Shown in pieces: positions 1 through 11,792 of a stretch of DNA of 40,526 bases. A program made the position numbers and the translations under genes. The notes beneath the pieces were generated by a model. It did no database searches. It had not been told where the DNA came from and was given only the letters and a program-made list of their open reading frames with translations. Source of the stretch: Octopus bimaculoides (lineage: Eukaryota); NCBI RefSeq assembly GCF_001194135.2, contig NC_068982.1, positions 73,854,170 through 73,894,695 on the forward strand. Direction: 5' to 3'. Numbering within the stretch: the stretch's first letter is position 1; the number at the start of each line of letters is the position of its first letter.

Positions 1-556
1 ACCTCAGTACACAACTGATACTTAATTTATTGATCCTGAAAGGATGAAAGGCAAAGTCGACCTCAGTGGAATTTGAACTCAGAACATAAAGACAGATGAA
101 ATACTGCTCTGCATTTTGCCCAGCATGCTAATGCTTCTGCCAGCTGGTCACCTTAATAAAAATAATAATCCTTTCTACTATAGGCACAAGGCAAAGATGG
201 ATGTGATGCTATTAAGCATTTTGCTTGGCATGCTAACGATCCTGCCAGTTCACTGCCTTTTCACTACCCTCTTTAAAATTCCACATGTAACTTTAACACA
301 AATTGAACTCACAATCATAGCTACTCGAGAGTTGTACTACTTGCACCAATGTAGCATAATAATGAAAATAATAATAATGAGATTATTGTATACAGTGCAC
401 TATAACTCGTCAGGAAAGGTGAAAGAAAAGGAGAATGGCTGGAGGGAAGATACATATCAAGTAAAGAAAAACAGCGAAGAAAGCTCAAAGTACACACATT
501 ACGCAAGATGGAAAAAAAAAAAAAAGACAGAAAAACGATTATTTCTTTGTTCTTAC

Positions 557-590
557 ATTCATTCTTCCATGCTAGCATGGAAGAATGAAT
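557..590. repeat. Perfect 34-bp palindrome, no spacer
   Basis: attcattcttccatgctagcatggaagaatgaat equals its own reverse complement. Confidence 0.95.
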
Positions 591-819
591 ATATATATAT
601 ATATATTATTGAGGCAATGTTTTATAATTGTGTGCTCCAGTATATTCGGTTGCACAAATCTATGTATGTCTCGCTAACAGTTACACTAACTCATTGTCCT
701 GGACTGACACTGTCTTTATTGACCCTGAAAGAGTGTAAAGTAAAGCTGAACTCGGCAAGTTTGCACTCAAAGGGCAAAAAGTTTAAACAAATACTATAAT
801 GGCTGATAGTTAGCAAGGT

Positions 820-1050
820 GAGACACACATAAGAAAGAAGAAAGCAAAGGACCACTGATGAGGTCACAGAAGTGTGACGAAAGAACTCTGGCCGAAATAG
901 GATTAATGTAATATAATGTAATATAAAGCTGAAGCAAATTAACACCAAATATACAGTGCGTGTGTTTTTATTGGCTAAACTGGCAATATGACCATCCCCA
1001 AGTACAACAACAAATACTATAAGGTCTTCTATCTAACATTGTAACAACTC
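820..1050 (+). mobile_element. Repeat carrying the family A hammerhead motif (Penelope-like/retrozyme-type end)
   Basis: Downstream sequence (aaagctgaag...accaaatat...gtgtgttt...aatatgaccatccccaagta.aacaa) is shared with 37730-37805, so this is an interspersed repeat. The PLE assignment is inferred from the minimal hammerhead only. Confidence 0.5.
849..893 (+). ncRNA. Minimal type I hammerhead-ribozyme motif (family A), intact core
   Basis: GGACCA-CTGATGA-G-GTCACA(GAAG)TGTGAC-GAAA-G(AA)CTC-TGGCC. Canonical CUGAUGA and GAAA boxes, 6-bp stem II, 2-bp stem III, CUC site, stem I CCA/TGG plus GG/CC. Folded by eye only. Confidence 0.65.
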
Positions 1051-1139
1051 GCCTTATTCATCGCCATATATATATATATATATATCAGAAGCCACGATAG
1101 ATCGTTGACCAAACACCATTCAATTTTTTTTCTCCATAT

Positions 1140-1176
1140 TCTTTCTGTTGAAGAGCGTAGCTCAAAATGTTAAAGA
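1140..1176 (+). ncRNA. Degenerate hammerhead-like motif (family B), upstream tandem copy
   Basis: TCTTT-CTGTTGA-A-GAGC(GTA)GCTC-AAAA-T-GTT-AAAGA. Same stems as 1362-1398 but GAAAC is changed to AAAAT, so probably inactive. Confidence 0.45.
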
Positions 1177-1361
1177 CTTTCTGTATTCCCGAGCGTCAAA
1201 CTAATACATTCTTTTGTTGTTTACACCACCTGTCCTCGTCTGTTGTTGTTTTTTCGTATATTCTCCCATATATATATATTTACNNNNNNNNNNNNNNNNN
1301 NNNNNNNNNNNNNTATATATATATATAATTTTTTCAATTTTTTTTCTCCTTGTCTCCGTAT

Positions 1362-1398
1362 TCTTTCTGTTGAAGAGCGTAGCTCGAAACGTCAAAGA
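1362..1398 (+). ncRNA. Minimal hammerhead-like motif (family B), A6U core variant
   Basis: TCTTT-CTGTTGA-A-GAGC(GTA)GCTC-GAAA-C-GTC-AAAGA. 5-bp stem I, 4-bp stem II, palindromic ACGT stem III, GUC site. The core reads CUGUUGA instead of CUGAUGA. Confidence 0.6.
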
Positions 1399-2726
1399 CT
1401 TTCCGTATTCCCGAGCGTCATACTAATACATCCTTTTGTTATTTACACCACCTGTCCTCGTCTGTTGTTGTTTTTTCGTATATTCTCCCATATATATATA
1501 TTTACTTTCATTTATGTCAACTCACAAAAGCAAGAAGCAGAGTTGCCTCCCTTGTATTAGATTATGAGTAGTAACGCCTGGAACAGATAAAATTCTGCAT
1601 AGGGTCACTTTATGAAAACTTTCTATAAATCCAGACAGGGTAGGATACTGTTTTATGCTATTTCACAAAAGCACATCAAGCGATTCTTAACGATATATAA
1701 CAATGGATTTAGACCTGAATACTGATGATCATACTACATGATGGAGAAGACCTAAGAACAAAAGGTGTTTTAGCTGTGGCCATACCATTTTATTTTCGAA
1801 GTATAGTGTACCTAGGACTATGTTATCCAATATATTCTTATTTATTAATGGCTTCGTATGATTTGATATATATTTGGCTGATATTTCTAGAAGGTTATGC
1901 CACATGGAGGTCCAATCATGGCAGTTACATTTAAACTGCAATTCAGCCCTGATCAAAAATATGATCAAACGTATTGATCTTCTATGATCATCCTATCTTT
2001 TTCCTAGGTACAAGGAAATCAGGAATACATTATTCAAATTAGGTATGATTTGAGGGAAGTTTGGCTACTATTTCTAGCACATCTATGACCCATGGACAGA
2101 CTCTCTCATTAGCTTGATATTGGAGTAAGTGAAAACAATGGTGAATGTAAAACCTTCAGAACTAAGAGGTCTTTGGGGGTCATCATCATTATTCATCTAT
2201 CTTCTACTGGCATGGGTTGGACAGTTTGACAAGATCTGATGGATCCTTGGATTCATCAGACCCTGTCAATTTGTCCATCATGCCCCAATGACTGCTTGCC
2301 CATTGTTTCTAGAGCTGGATGCCCTTCCTGACACCAACCATATTACCGAGTATACAGGGTAGTTTTTTTTTATGGTACCAGCACTAGTGAGATCAGCAAG
2401 AAAATTGCAAGACAAAAAAAAAAAAAGACCTTGACCGAATAGGGTTGTAGAAGAGGGAGAAGTAACTTTATGCCAAGCGTTGAGAAGTTAAAATATGACA
2501 GGACAAGCAAAGGTGATACATGGCTTCCTGACATTATATAGGAGTGGATGGAAAGAAAATAGTAATGTTGGTGATGAGGTGTCAAAGTACACAGTCAAAG
2601 TGTAAGAAGGTGAGTATAAGAGGGAACATGGACTAAGGATGGGGAGATGGGAAGTGTAGGTAGATAGGTTCATAGGAATGCAAGGTGTACGTTTGTAATT
2701 TTGTCAGATCCTAAGACTTCCCTATT

Positions 2727-2885
2727 GCAGGTGTAGCTGTGTGTTAAGTAGCTTGCTTACCAACCACGTGGTTCCGGGTTCAGTCCCACTGCGTGGCACC
2801 TTGGGCAAGTGTCTTCTACTATAGCCTCGGGGCGACCAAAGCCTTGTGAGTGGATTTGGTAGACGGAAACTGAAAGAAGCCCGTC

Positions 2886-2958
<73 letters not shown>

Positions 2959-3171
2959 TGTATGTGTGTCTGTGTTTGTCCCACCACCATCGCTTGACAA
3001 CCGATGCTGGTATGTTTACGTCCCCGTAACTTAGTGGTTCGGCAAAAAGAGACCGATAGAATAAGTACTAGGCTTACAAAGAATAAGACCTGGGGTCGAT
3101 TTTCTCAACGAAAGGCGGTGCTCTAGCATGGCTGCAGTCAAATGACTGAAACAAGTAAAAGAGTAAAAGAG
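2727..3171 (+). mobile_element. tRNA-derived CORE-like SINE family 1 with internal (TA)n
   Basis: A-box and B-box head (tagctgtgtg...gggttcagtccc), CORE-like gcaccttgggcaagtgtctt, internal (TA)n, and gactgaaacaagtaaaagag tail. Confidence 0.88.
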
Positions 3172-3529
3172 TATCTAATAGAATGAAAATGGGTTGTGGT
3201 CAAGATTACAGTCAAGGTGAAAGTATGCATTCTTGTCTTTTGTGCTTCTCTCCTGTTGCTTTTTGGTGACTGATTTTGAGAGTTTGATTTCATAGTTCAG
3301 TATTGGAATGTAGCTATGCTGAGCTGTTTCTAGTTGCAGGCAAAGCTGAGGTTAAGAAATCAGTTTCATATCAATGTGGTTTCAAGTTTAGTCCCACTGT
3401 TTGGTGCCTTGGTCAAGTGCTTTCTACTATAGCCTCAGATGGACCAACACCTTGTCAGTGTACTTGGTAAAGAGAAACTATATTGAACCCCATAGTGTAT
3501 GTATGCATATATGTATATAATGAAATGCT

Positions 3530-3905
3530 GATCTCTAATTGTAGAGGGAACCTGTGGAAGGTGTAGACCCAGGAAGATGTGGAATGAAGTGGTGAGAAAG
3601 GATCTCCAGAAACTGGGCTTCACTGACGAGATGACAAAAGGACCAGCATTTGGGACGATATGCTGCACTTGAGAAGACATGTCAAGCTAAGTAAAATTAC
3701 GGCCATCCATACATACAGGCATGTCTTTTATGTCCATGCCTCCACTCCCTCTCCTAGCTTAAAGGTTTTTGTCTTACAGGTACTGGTGCCACGTAAAATG
3801 CATTCATGCAAGTGGCATGTAAAAAGCACTCAACACACTCTGTAAAGTGGTTGGTGTTAGGAAGTTCAAATGGTCTAAACCATGCCAGCATGGAAAATGG
3901 AAATT
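3530..3905 (+). mobile_element. RTE LINE 3' fragment
   Basis: SLIVEGTCGRCRPRKMWNEVVRKDLQKLGFTDEMT...ALEKTCQAK*, homologous to 20690-20760, followed by 3' UTR and a ccagcatggaaa...gatga tail. Confidence 0.85.
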
Positions 3906-4609
3906 AAACAATGATGACAATGTGTATGTACCTGCTTACACATCTTCATGTTCATCTCTCAGTGCTCAACAACTGGTGGTTTGTTAACAAACACTGTAAC
4001 TTAGCAGTTTAGCAAAAAAGACTAATAGAATATTCTAGACTTAAGAAAATAAGTACTGGGGCCGATTTGAATGATGATACATAGGCTGTGCCCCAGTATG
4101 GCCACAGCTTGTGTATCATTCAAGACACACACTTTTCACTTCAGTAGTAATCTTAACTCCTGTTTATGAGGTCCTTTAACCAGGGATATCTAAAATGTCA
4201 ACAACCTTAGGACCTGACAAAATTATGCATTTTTATGCATTTCTCCACAATTACATTGCAATTCACATTGACTGAAAATCTGTTGTTGAAGTACACTAAT
4301 TCTTCTTGTGGTTGTTGTTATTGCTGTTGAGTCACTAAAAAAAAGGGGGGAGGACCCAGATCAACCTCAAATGCGTGAATCCTTCATCAAAGGGAGTTTC
4401 AGCAGCAACCATTACGTATTATGGGCTCTTTTAAAATTGCTTTTAAGAGGTAAGTGGTGTATACATTATCCGAGGTGTCCTTTTCTTGATTGCTATTTCT
4501 AGTGTGTCTGGTGACTACATGGAAGCTATCATTGTGGCTTGTTCTAAACTTGTTTGAACTTTGATAAAAAAAAACAAAAGAAAAAAAACAATTGAAAATC
4601 AGTACTGAC

Positions 4610-4762
4610 CTGATTCTTTTAAAGACTGTATCAAGGTCTTTTTTCATCTCGTACAGGAGTAATGTGTCTTTCTTGAACTTGTGACACGTTGCTTCGTAGC
4701 GAGATGAAGACAGAAGATTGAAATTGAGAAGCATTTCATTAGTTTTTTCATACCGAGATAGC
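4610..4762 (-). CDS. KXD1: KxDL motif-containing protein 1, second coding exon
   Basis: Acceptor ttttgtcatttcag|G, 153 nt encoding (M)LSRYEKTNEMLLNFNLLSSSRYEATCHKFKKDTLLLYEMKKDLDTVFKRI(R), then donor AG|gtcagt. 'EKTNEMLLNFN' and 'MKKDLD.VFKRIR' are the hallmark KxDL-domain motifs. The gene must continue toward lower coordinates; exon 3 was not identified. Confidence 0.93.
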
Positions 4763-5353
4763 CTGAAATGACAAAAATAAAATTCAGTGAATAATAATAA
4801 TAATTGAGAAATATGTCGCAGAAATTGGAATTGACATGAGGGTAGAACATGCTCAAAAAACTGTTCCATTGGGAACAGCGAGGATTTTGAGATTGGTACT
4901 TGGGTATTAAATATCTTCCGCAATACTTAACATTTAAGTACCAAATCTTATAATTCATAGAAAGAGACCCCGCAAGACTTTTGATAACAGGTTGCTGTCC
5001 ATTCTCACAGAATTAACTGTGAAGAAGTAAGATTGAGAGCCCTGAGAAGTAAAATTTAATATTAATGTTAGTAATAATAATCCTTTCTACTATAGGCACA
5101 AGGCCTGAAATTTTGGGCAAGGAGACTAGTCAATTACATCAACCCCAGTGCTTAACTGTACTTATTTCATCAACTCTGAAAGGATGACTTTGGTAGAATT
5201 TGAACACAGAATGTAATTCAGAAAGAGCCTTACTTGGAAATAGGTGAGGATTGGTAACAGGAAGAGCACTCAGCCTTAAAAAGCCTACCTTAATAAATTT
5301 CATCTAACCCATGCAAGTATATAAAAGAAGATATTAAAACAATGATGATGTTT

Positions 5354-5756
5354 AGCATGGCTGTGTGGTAAGAAGTCTGCTTCCCACTCACATGGTTCTG
5401 GGTTCAGTTCTACTACATGGTACCTTGAGCAAATGATTTTTTTTTAACCTTAGGCCAACCAAAGCCTTGTGAGTAGATTTGATAGACGGAAACTGAAAAA
5501 AGCCTGTCATGTGTGTGTGTGTGTATATATATATATATGTGTATGTCTCTTTGTGTTTGAGGATGTCCCCCACCACTGTTTAACAACCAGTGTTGTTCTG
5601 TTTATGTCACTGTAACCTAGTGGCTTAGCAAAAGAGAATGATAGACTATCTATCAGGCTTTAAGAAAAAAATAAAGTATTGGGGTGGATTCATTTGACTA
5701 AAAATTCTTCAAAGTTGTGCCCCAGTATGGCCACTGTCAGAAACAAGTAAAAAGAT
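5354..5756 (+). mobile_element. SINE family 1
   Basis: Aligns along its length to 2727-3171. Confidence 0.8.
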
Positions 5757-7117
5757 CATGAAGATGAGCATTTATAGATCTTTGATGAAGATTTATTCAG
5801 AAGTAAACAAACATTAAGAGCTACAAATGGATGACCTTTTACCATAAATAAATTCACAAGACTCTTCTTCCTTTTCCAGGTATCCGTTCCTCAATCACTG
5901 AATGATTTCCTTTCACTGAAGAATATTTAGATCATGGAATCATCTTTGCCATTAATGTCCATATGGTTATGTCTTAAAATAGCTGGAACTGTTGAAATCA
6001 TTGATTTCCTTTCATTGTTTTACCATTAATCCCCCTCTTTTAACTTAACATTATCTGATGACTCAGATTAATGATGGATTTCAGTTAATCTTCAAAACAA
6101 TTAATTAGAAGTGATTTAGTAAAATACCTGTAATACTTATATTTATTGCAATAATGCACTGATGCAGATGTGGTTGTGTGGTTAAAAAGTTTGCTTCCCA
6201 ACTGCATGGTTTCAGGTTCAGTCCCACTGTGTGGCATCTTGGGCAAGTGTTATCCCCCTGAACAGTTATTGCCTTCCTGGATAGATGTTGGCCTCATGGG
6301 ATGGGTTGGAAGATCATGCCTTCTTTATGCATTCCATTTTGGGGGTTGGTTCTAAGGCTTGATGCCCTTCTAATCACTGATTATTTTACAGATTATAATG
6401 AGTACACTTTATCGTACTTCAACACTAGACGGTTGTCATGTTCTCAACCAGACTAAAGAATTGGGTATCATGTTCGAAATAAAGATGGGACAGTCACAAC
6501 TACTTGATCATAACTTATCTGTGATTAAACAACTTGTTTAATCTACAGCAAATTGAAAGGTATCGACAATGACATAAGATTAGCAGATTGAGCATCTTGA
6601 AGAAGGAGCTTTTTATAACCTGTTAACAGAGTTAATAAATTAGTTAATTGGCTAATATAAGCTCAAGTACAGCTATATAGTTTTGGTTTCAGGCCCACTG
6701 TGCATCACCCTTGGACATGTGTCTTCTACTATGGCTCTGGTCTGATCAAAACATTGAGTGGATTTGGGAAAAAGAAACTGTAAAAGAAGCCTATCATCAT
6801 CATCATCATTGTTGTTAACATCCATTTTCTATGCTGGCATGGGTTGGACAGTTTGAACAAAGCTGGCAAACAGGAGAGTTGCACCAGATTCCAGTCTGAT
6901 CCCAATGGCTGGATGCTCTTCCTAATGTCACCCACTTTACAGTGTGTGCTGGGTGTAAGGATGAGTGTTTTTACAAGGCGCCAGCATGAGTGCTTTTTAT
7001 GTGGCATCAACATTAACTGTAAACAAAAACTTTACTCCCCACCCCATCATATAAAAAGTAACATATTTTCAGATTTCCATGAAAACATGTTCAGACTAGG
7101 GAAATAGCACCATGTGC

Positions 7118-7162
<45 letters not shown>

Positions 7163-7799
7163 CTTGTCTTCACAAAGGCAGCTTCTATGTGGTCACTAGA
7201 CACACTAGAAATAGCAACCAAACCTTCCTTGAATCATACCCTACTATCTTTGGAAAGAAAAGGACATCTCGGATAATGTATACACCCACATACCCAGCAT
7301 TGTACATGAAGTTTGCTTGTAGTCTTCTGTGGAAACATGTCCAAGTGAGAGCACCAAGGTAGGTGTTGTCAAGGTCCACTGCCTGCATTGTGGTAGATCA
7401 TCAACTACCCTGTAATTACAACCTACACACATTTTCCCCAAAGGTGCACTTATGCCGAGCGTCTGAGGTAGCTAGTATATTCACTGTGAAAAAATTTGAG
7501 TGCTCAGAGGAAGCCCTGTCGGCTTGCAAAAGAAAAGCATGGAATACTTTCTTTGAAAACAGACAATGGTTGGCAACAGGAAGAGCATCTATCTGGCTGT
7601 AGAAAAATGATCTGTGTCAATGAATTTTGTCTGACACATGAAAGCATGGGAAAGTAGGGATTACAAGAATGACAATGATGATGATGTTCTCAAATATTTA
7701 AGGAGTGTCTCATTCCAGAAGTATTTGATTTCCAATTTAACACACTCATTGCACTGAAGTATCTCCATGATAGGTTTAAATTGTCACCACCACCACCAT

Positions 7800-7846
<47 letters not shown>

Positions 7847-9090
7847 TAAAAATGAATGGATCCAATGGCTTGTCATGGTTTTTGTTGCTGTTGCCAACAT
7901 AATAGAATCATTGTTTTATTATCAGGGAATCTTCCATTCAAGTAACATAAAGTAGTGCCATTACATACTTGGTTGACTGGACACATGAAGGATATGTAAC
8001 ATGAAAGCCTGATGTGGGCGCGTGTCTGTGGGGAGGGTTTCTTTTTTGTTGATGTAACATGGAAACAACAGTATCAGTGGTGGTGGTAGTAGTAGTGGTG
8101 GTGGTGGTGGTGGTCATGGTGGGGTTGGCAGTAATAGTGGTGGTGGTGGTAGCAGTGGTTGTCACGGTGGCGATGGTAGTAGTAGCAGTAGCAATAGTAG
8201 TAGTAATGGCAGAAGCATAATACTATCTGGGGAAAATAACTGATAGCTGTTGACAGCTGTGATTCACTTGAATAAAAAAGAATATTTGCTGCAATTGCCA
8301 GTTTAGTTACATCCATCCATCAGCACCACTGCTACCATCACTGTTCCACCTCCTTCCACCCAACCAGTACAGATAGATAACATGATATGATACCATAACA
8401 ACCCCTCTACTCACCCCATAACTGTTGTTCAATCTACAGTACATCCCTAGAAATAATTGTCAAAATATGTGAACAAAAAGCATACAAAAAACAACAACAA
8501 AAAAAAACAATACTTAATTTTAGCACCTGACTCATTATCCTCTTCCTTATCATTATTGTCATCATCGCTAGTTTAACATTACTTTTTCTTCCATGCTTCC
8601 AAACATTTTATTCCTGCATCACTACAAACCTTCTTTTGATCCAGTCTGTCCTTCTCATGTAACAGTCTATTTCTGTTTCAGTGTATCAATCATCGTCTAT
8701 CTCATGGTAATTTTCCTGCCAAGTCAGGATTACCCAAATAACATTAAATTAAATTAAACAAAGCTTAGACTTGGACAATGAAGGTGACAGCACACTGGAA
8801 TGTGCCTGTGCACCTTCACTATTGCACAGACACCATCATGTATGTGTGTTATGGAGGTGTTCTCTGAGATCAAAAATGCCTGCCAACCCTGCACATCAAT
8901 AATAGCAAATAGCTAAATACTCGTGTTGGAATCCTACAAAAGCCAACTGCAAACAGGAATAGGCATGAACAAACTCACACTAAAATTAGCACACATTCAA
9001 ATTGGTTTCTCACCAGCTATCAGCTTTACCCATTGCATATAAGATAAAAAATAAAAAAAACACCCTGCTGAGCTAAACTTAACCCTTTAA

Positions 9091-9310
9091 CTCTTTAGCT
9101 TTCAGATTATTCTATCAAATGTAGTGCTTATTTGCTCACAACTTTTAAAATTAATCATGCATTATCTCCTAGATTCAAGATTTCAATGATGTGATTGTGT
9201 ATTTTTAGAACAACATTGTAGGGTAGGTGTGAGAGACTGGATCTGACAGGCTTGAATGTAAAATACGTATAATATTTGGGCTGGATATGGCTGGTTTAAA
9301 TGCTAAAGTG
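9091..9310. mobile_element. piggyBac-like MITE, second family
   Basis: TTAA-CTCTTTAGC ... GCTAAAGTG-TTAA. Related sequence at 11330-11890 (split by a SINE) and 12480-12560. Confidence 0.7.
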
Positions 9311-9798
9311 TTAATATCAACTTGACTCAAACAGCCTGTAAAAAATTCATTGTCATCATGACATGTTTGGGTCAAATGGAATTCGTTGAGATAAGTTTTC
9401 TACAGCCAGAGATCCATCCTGTTACAATGCTCATCTGTTTTTAAGCAAGTCAATATATCCCCATGGCTGGCTGGCTGGAATTCAAATGAAAGCAGTGTAT
9501 TTCAATACAAATCATCATTTTTTAATGTATGTTTTCCATGCTAGCATGGGTTGAATTGTTTGACCAGAGCTGGCAAGCAGGAGAGCTATACAAGGTTCCA
9601 GTCTGATTTGGCTTGGTCTCTGCAGCTGGATGCCCTTCCTAACGCCAATCACTTTACTGAGTGTGCTGGCTGCTTTTTATATGGCACCAGCACAAGCACT
9701 TTTACAAGGCACCAGCACAGGTGATATTACATGGTGCCAGCATGGGTGCTATTATGTGGCACTGGCACAGGTGCTATTTATATGGCACAGGTATGGGT

Positions 9799-10181
9799 CT
9801 TGTTGGCACTCTGTCGCTTACGACGTCAAGGGTTCTAGTTGATCCGATCAACGGAACAACCTGCTTGTGAAATTAACGTGCAAGTGGCTGAGCACTCCAC
9901 AGACACGTGTACCCTTAATGTAGCTCTCGGGGATATTCAGCATGACACAGTGTGACAAGGCTGACCCTTTGAATTACAGGCACAACAGAAACAGGGAGAA
10001 AGAGTGAGGGAAAGTTGTGGTGGAAGAGTACAGCAGGGTTCGCCACCATCCCCTGCTGGAGCCTCGTAGAGCTTTAGGTGTTTTCGCTCAATAAACTCAC
10101 AACGCCCGGTCTGGGAATCAAAACCGCGATCCTATGACCGCAAGTCCGCTGCCCTAACCTTTGGGCCATTGCGCCTCCACT
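9799..10181 (-). mobile_element. SINE family 3, full length with TSD
   Basis: Reverse complement of 11400-11792, with 11-bp TSD caggtatgggt (9788-9798 and 10182-10192). Confidence 0.9.
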
Positions 10182-11399
10182 CAGGTATGGGTACTTTTAT
10201 GGTAAAAAAAGAGGTTGGGATTAAAAACACATTTTAACATCATAAAAAAAGGAAACACACATGATACAAGGATGATGTAGTCCTAGATGAACTATTCCTT
10301 TAAAAATAAAAGGCTGAAATGATTACAGCTGCAATTCTTCTGATCTTATGTCTCCAAGTAAGGTGATATTTCCCCATGACAAGACATGTTTACACAGTAT
10401 GTTGGAAATGAAGGGCTCTGCTTTCTATGAGAGTGACACTCACAACTATCATGTGAAGTCAAGGCAAGAAAACAGTAACAAACACGTGCATGTGCACAGA
10501 CACAAACACACACACACATACAAACAGTGTTCTTTCAGTTTTTATTTACCAAATCTACTCAGAAGGCATTGATTGGTCCAGAACTATAGTAGTAGACATT
10601 TGCCTAAAGTGCCACACACTGGACTGAACCCAGAACCATGTGGTTGGGAAGCATCCAGAGCCATCATAGAAAACATTTGCCCAATGTGCCATGCAATGGG
10701 ACTGAACCCAGAACCATGTAGTTGGAAAGCAAACTTTTTATCACACAGCCACGCATGCATCTATACAATGGTGTAAAATATTGCCCTATAGAATCCACTT
10801 GTAACCAGAGTGGGTCATTGAAAGTTAAGTGTCTTTATCGTGGAAACCTAGCAGTGACCGGATATAAACTGATGACCACTTGGCCATCTGTGCTCGCTAA
10901 AGACTAATTAAAGATGTCAAAAGACTTATTAAATGAATTAGTCAACAACTCTTCAAATGTTTCATTGGAAGCTGACAGGCACAGATATGGTTGTGTGCTT
11001 AAGAAGTTAGTTTTGCAATCATGTAGTTTTGGGTTCAATTCCATTGCAGAGCACCTACTTAGCCCCAAGCCAACCAATTCTTTGTGAGTGAATATGGTAA
11101 ATTGAAATTATAGAAAACATTGTGGATGTGTGTGTATTGTATGTTTGTTGTGCATGTGCAATGTGTGTGCATCTGTATTGTATAAAGGTGTGCATATGTG
11201 AATTTGACATTCCAAGCCATTGTTTGTTACTGTTAGTGATATACAATTTCTATTTTGCACTGTACTTCCTGTCTATTCTATTCTTCCATCTGACCACAAT
11301 TTCATAGGCCATTCATTCCTTCTTGGCCAATTCTACTTGCATCTTAAATTAAAATAAAATTTCAAATTGTTTTGAATTAATAATGCATTATCTCATAGC

Positions 11400-11792
11400 A
11401 TGGAGGCGCAATGGCCCAGTAGTTATGGCAGCGGACTCGCGGTCATAGGATCACGGTTTCAATTCCCAGACCAGGCGTTGTGAGTGTTTATTGAGCGAAA
11501 ACACCTAAAGCTCCACGAGGCTCCAGCAGGGGATGGTGGCGAACTCTGCTGTACTCTTTCACCACAACTTTCTCTCACTCTTACTTCCTGTTTCTGTTGT
11601 GCCTGTAATTCAAAGGGTCAGCCTTGTCACACTGTGTCATGCTGAATATCCCCGAGAACTACATTAAGGGTACACGTGTCTGTGGAGTGCTCAGCCATTT
11701 GCACGTTAATTTCACGAGCAGGCTGTTCCGTTGATCGGATCAACTGGAACCCTCGATGCCGTAAGCGGCGGAGTAACAACAACAACAACAAC
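11400..11792 (+). mobile_element. tRNA-derived SINE family 3, full length with TSD
   Basis: A-box-like TGGCCCAGTAG, B-box-like GGTTTCAATTCC, (AAC)n tail, 10-bp TSD atctcatagc (11390-11399 and 11793-11802). Confidence 0.9.

Larger units (their letters stand above)
1110..1505 (+). repeat. Tandem pair of ~200-bp units (family B hammerhead repeat) separated by a short N gap
   Basis: Near-identical units at ~1110-1283 and ~1330-1505, each ending in (TA)n-TTTAC. They differ at several positions. Gap at 1284-1313. Confidence 0.8.

Noticed and set aside
116-799. 227-aa plus-strand ORF
   Set aside because: Stitched from SINE fragments, poly-A and (TA)n; no recognisable domain or splice context.
1520-1670. 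Minus-strand 'KQYP' stretch as KXD1 exon 3
   Set aside because: In-frame stop just upstream, no suitable acceptor, and no further similarity.
1722-1750. CTGATGA followed by a TCAT/ATGA hairpin
   Set aside because: No GAAA box or stem III follows, so it is not a hammerhead.
4215-4350. Candidate KXD1 exon 3 after a good minus-strand acceptor (cccccctttttttttag)
   Set aside because: It would give KRIS-DSTAITTTT..., with no resemblance to the conserved LK.KL...P.AF continuation.
4308-4502. Plus-strand ORF with strong donor GAG|gtaagt near 4449
   Set aside because: No acceptor or partner exon and no protein similarity; the donor abuts an old repeat.
11401-11475. tRNA-like sequence (also the heads of SINE families 1 and 2)
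   Set aside because: Continues into a SINE body with tail and TSD, and no complete cloverleaf is evident. These are SINE heads, not tRNA genes.
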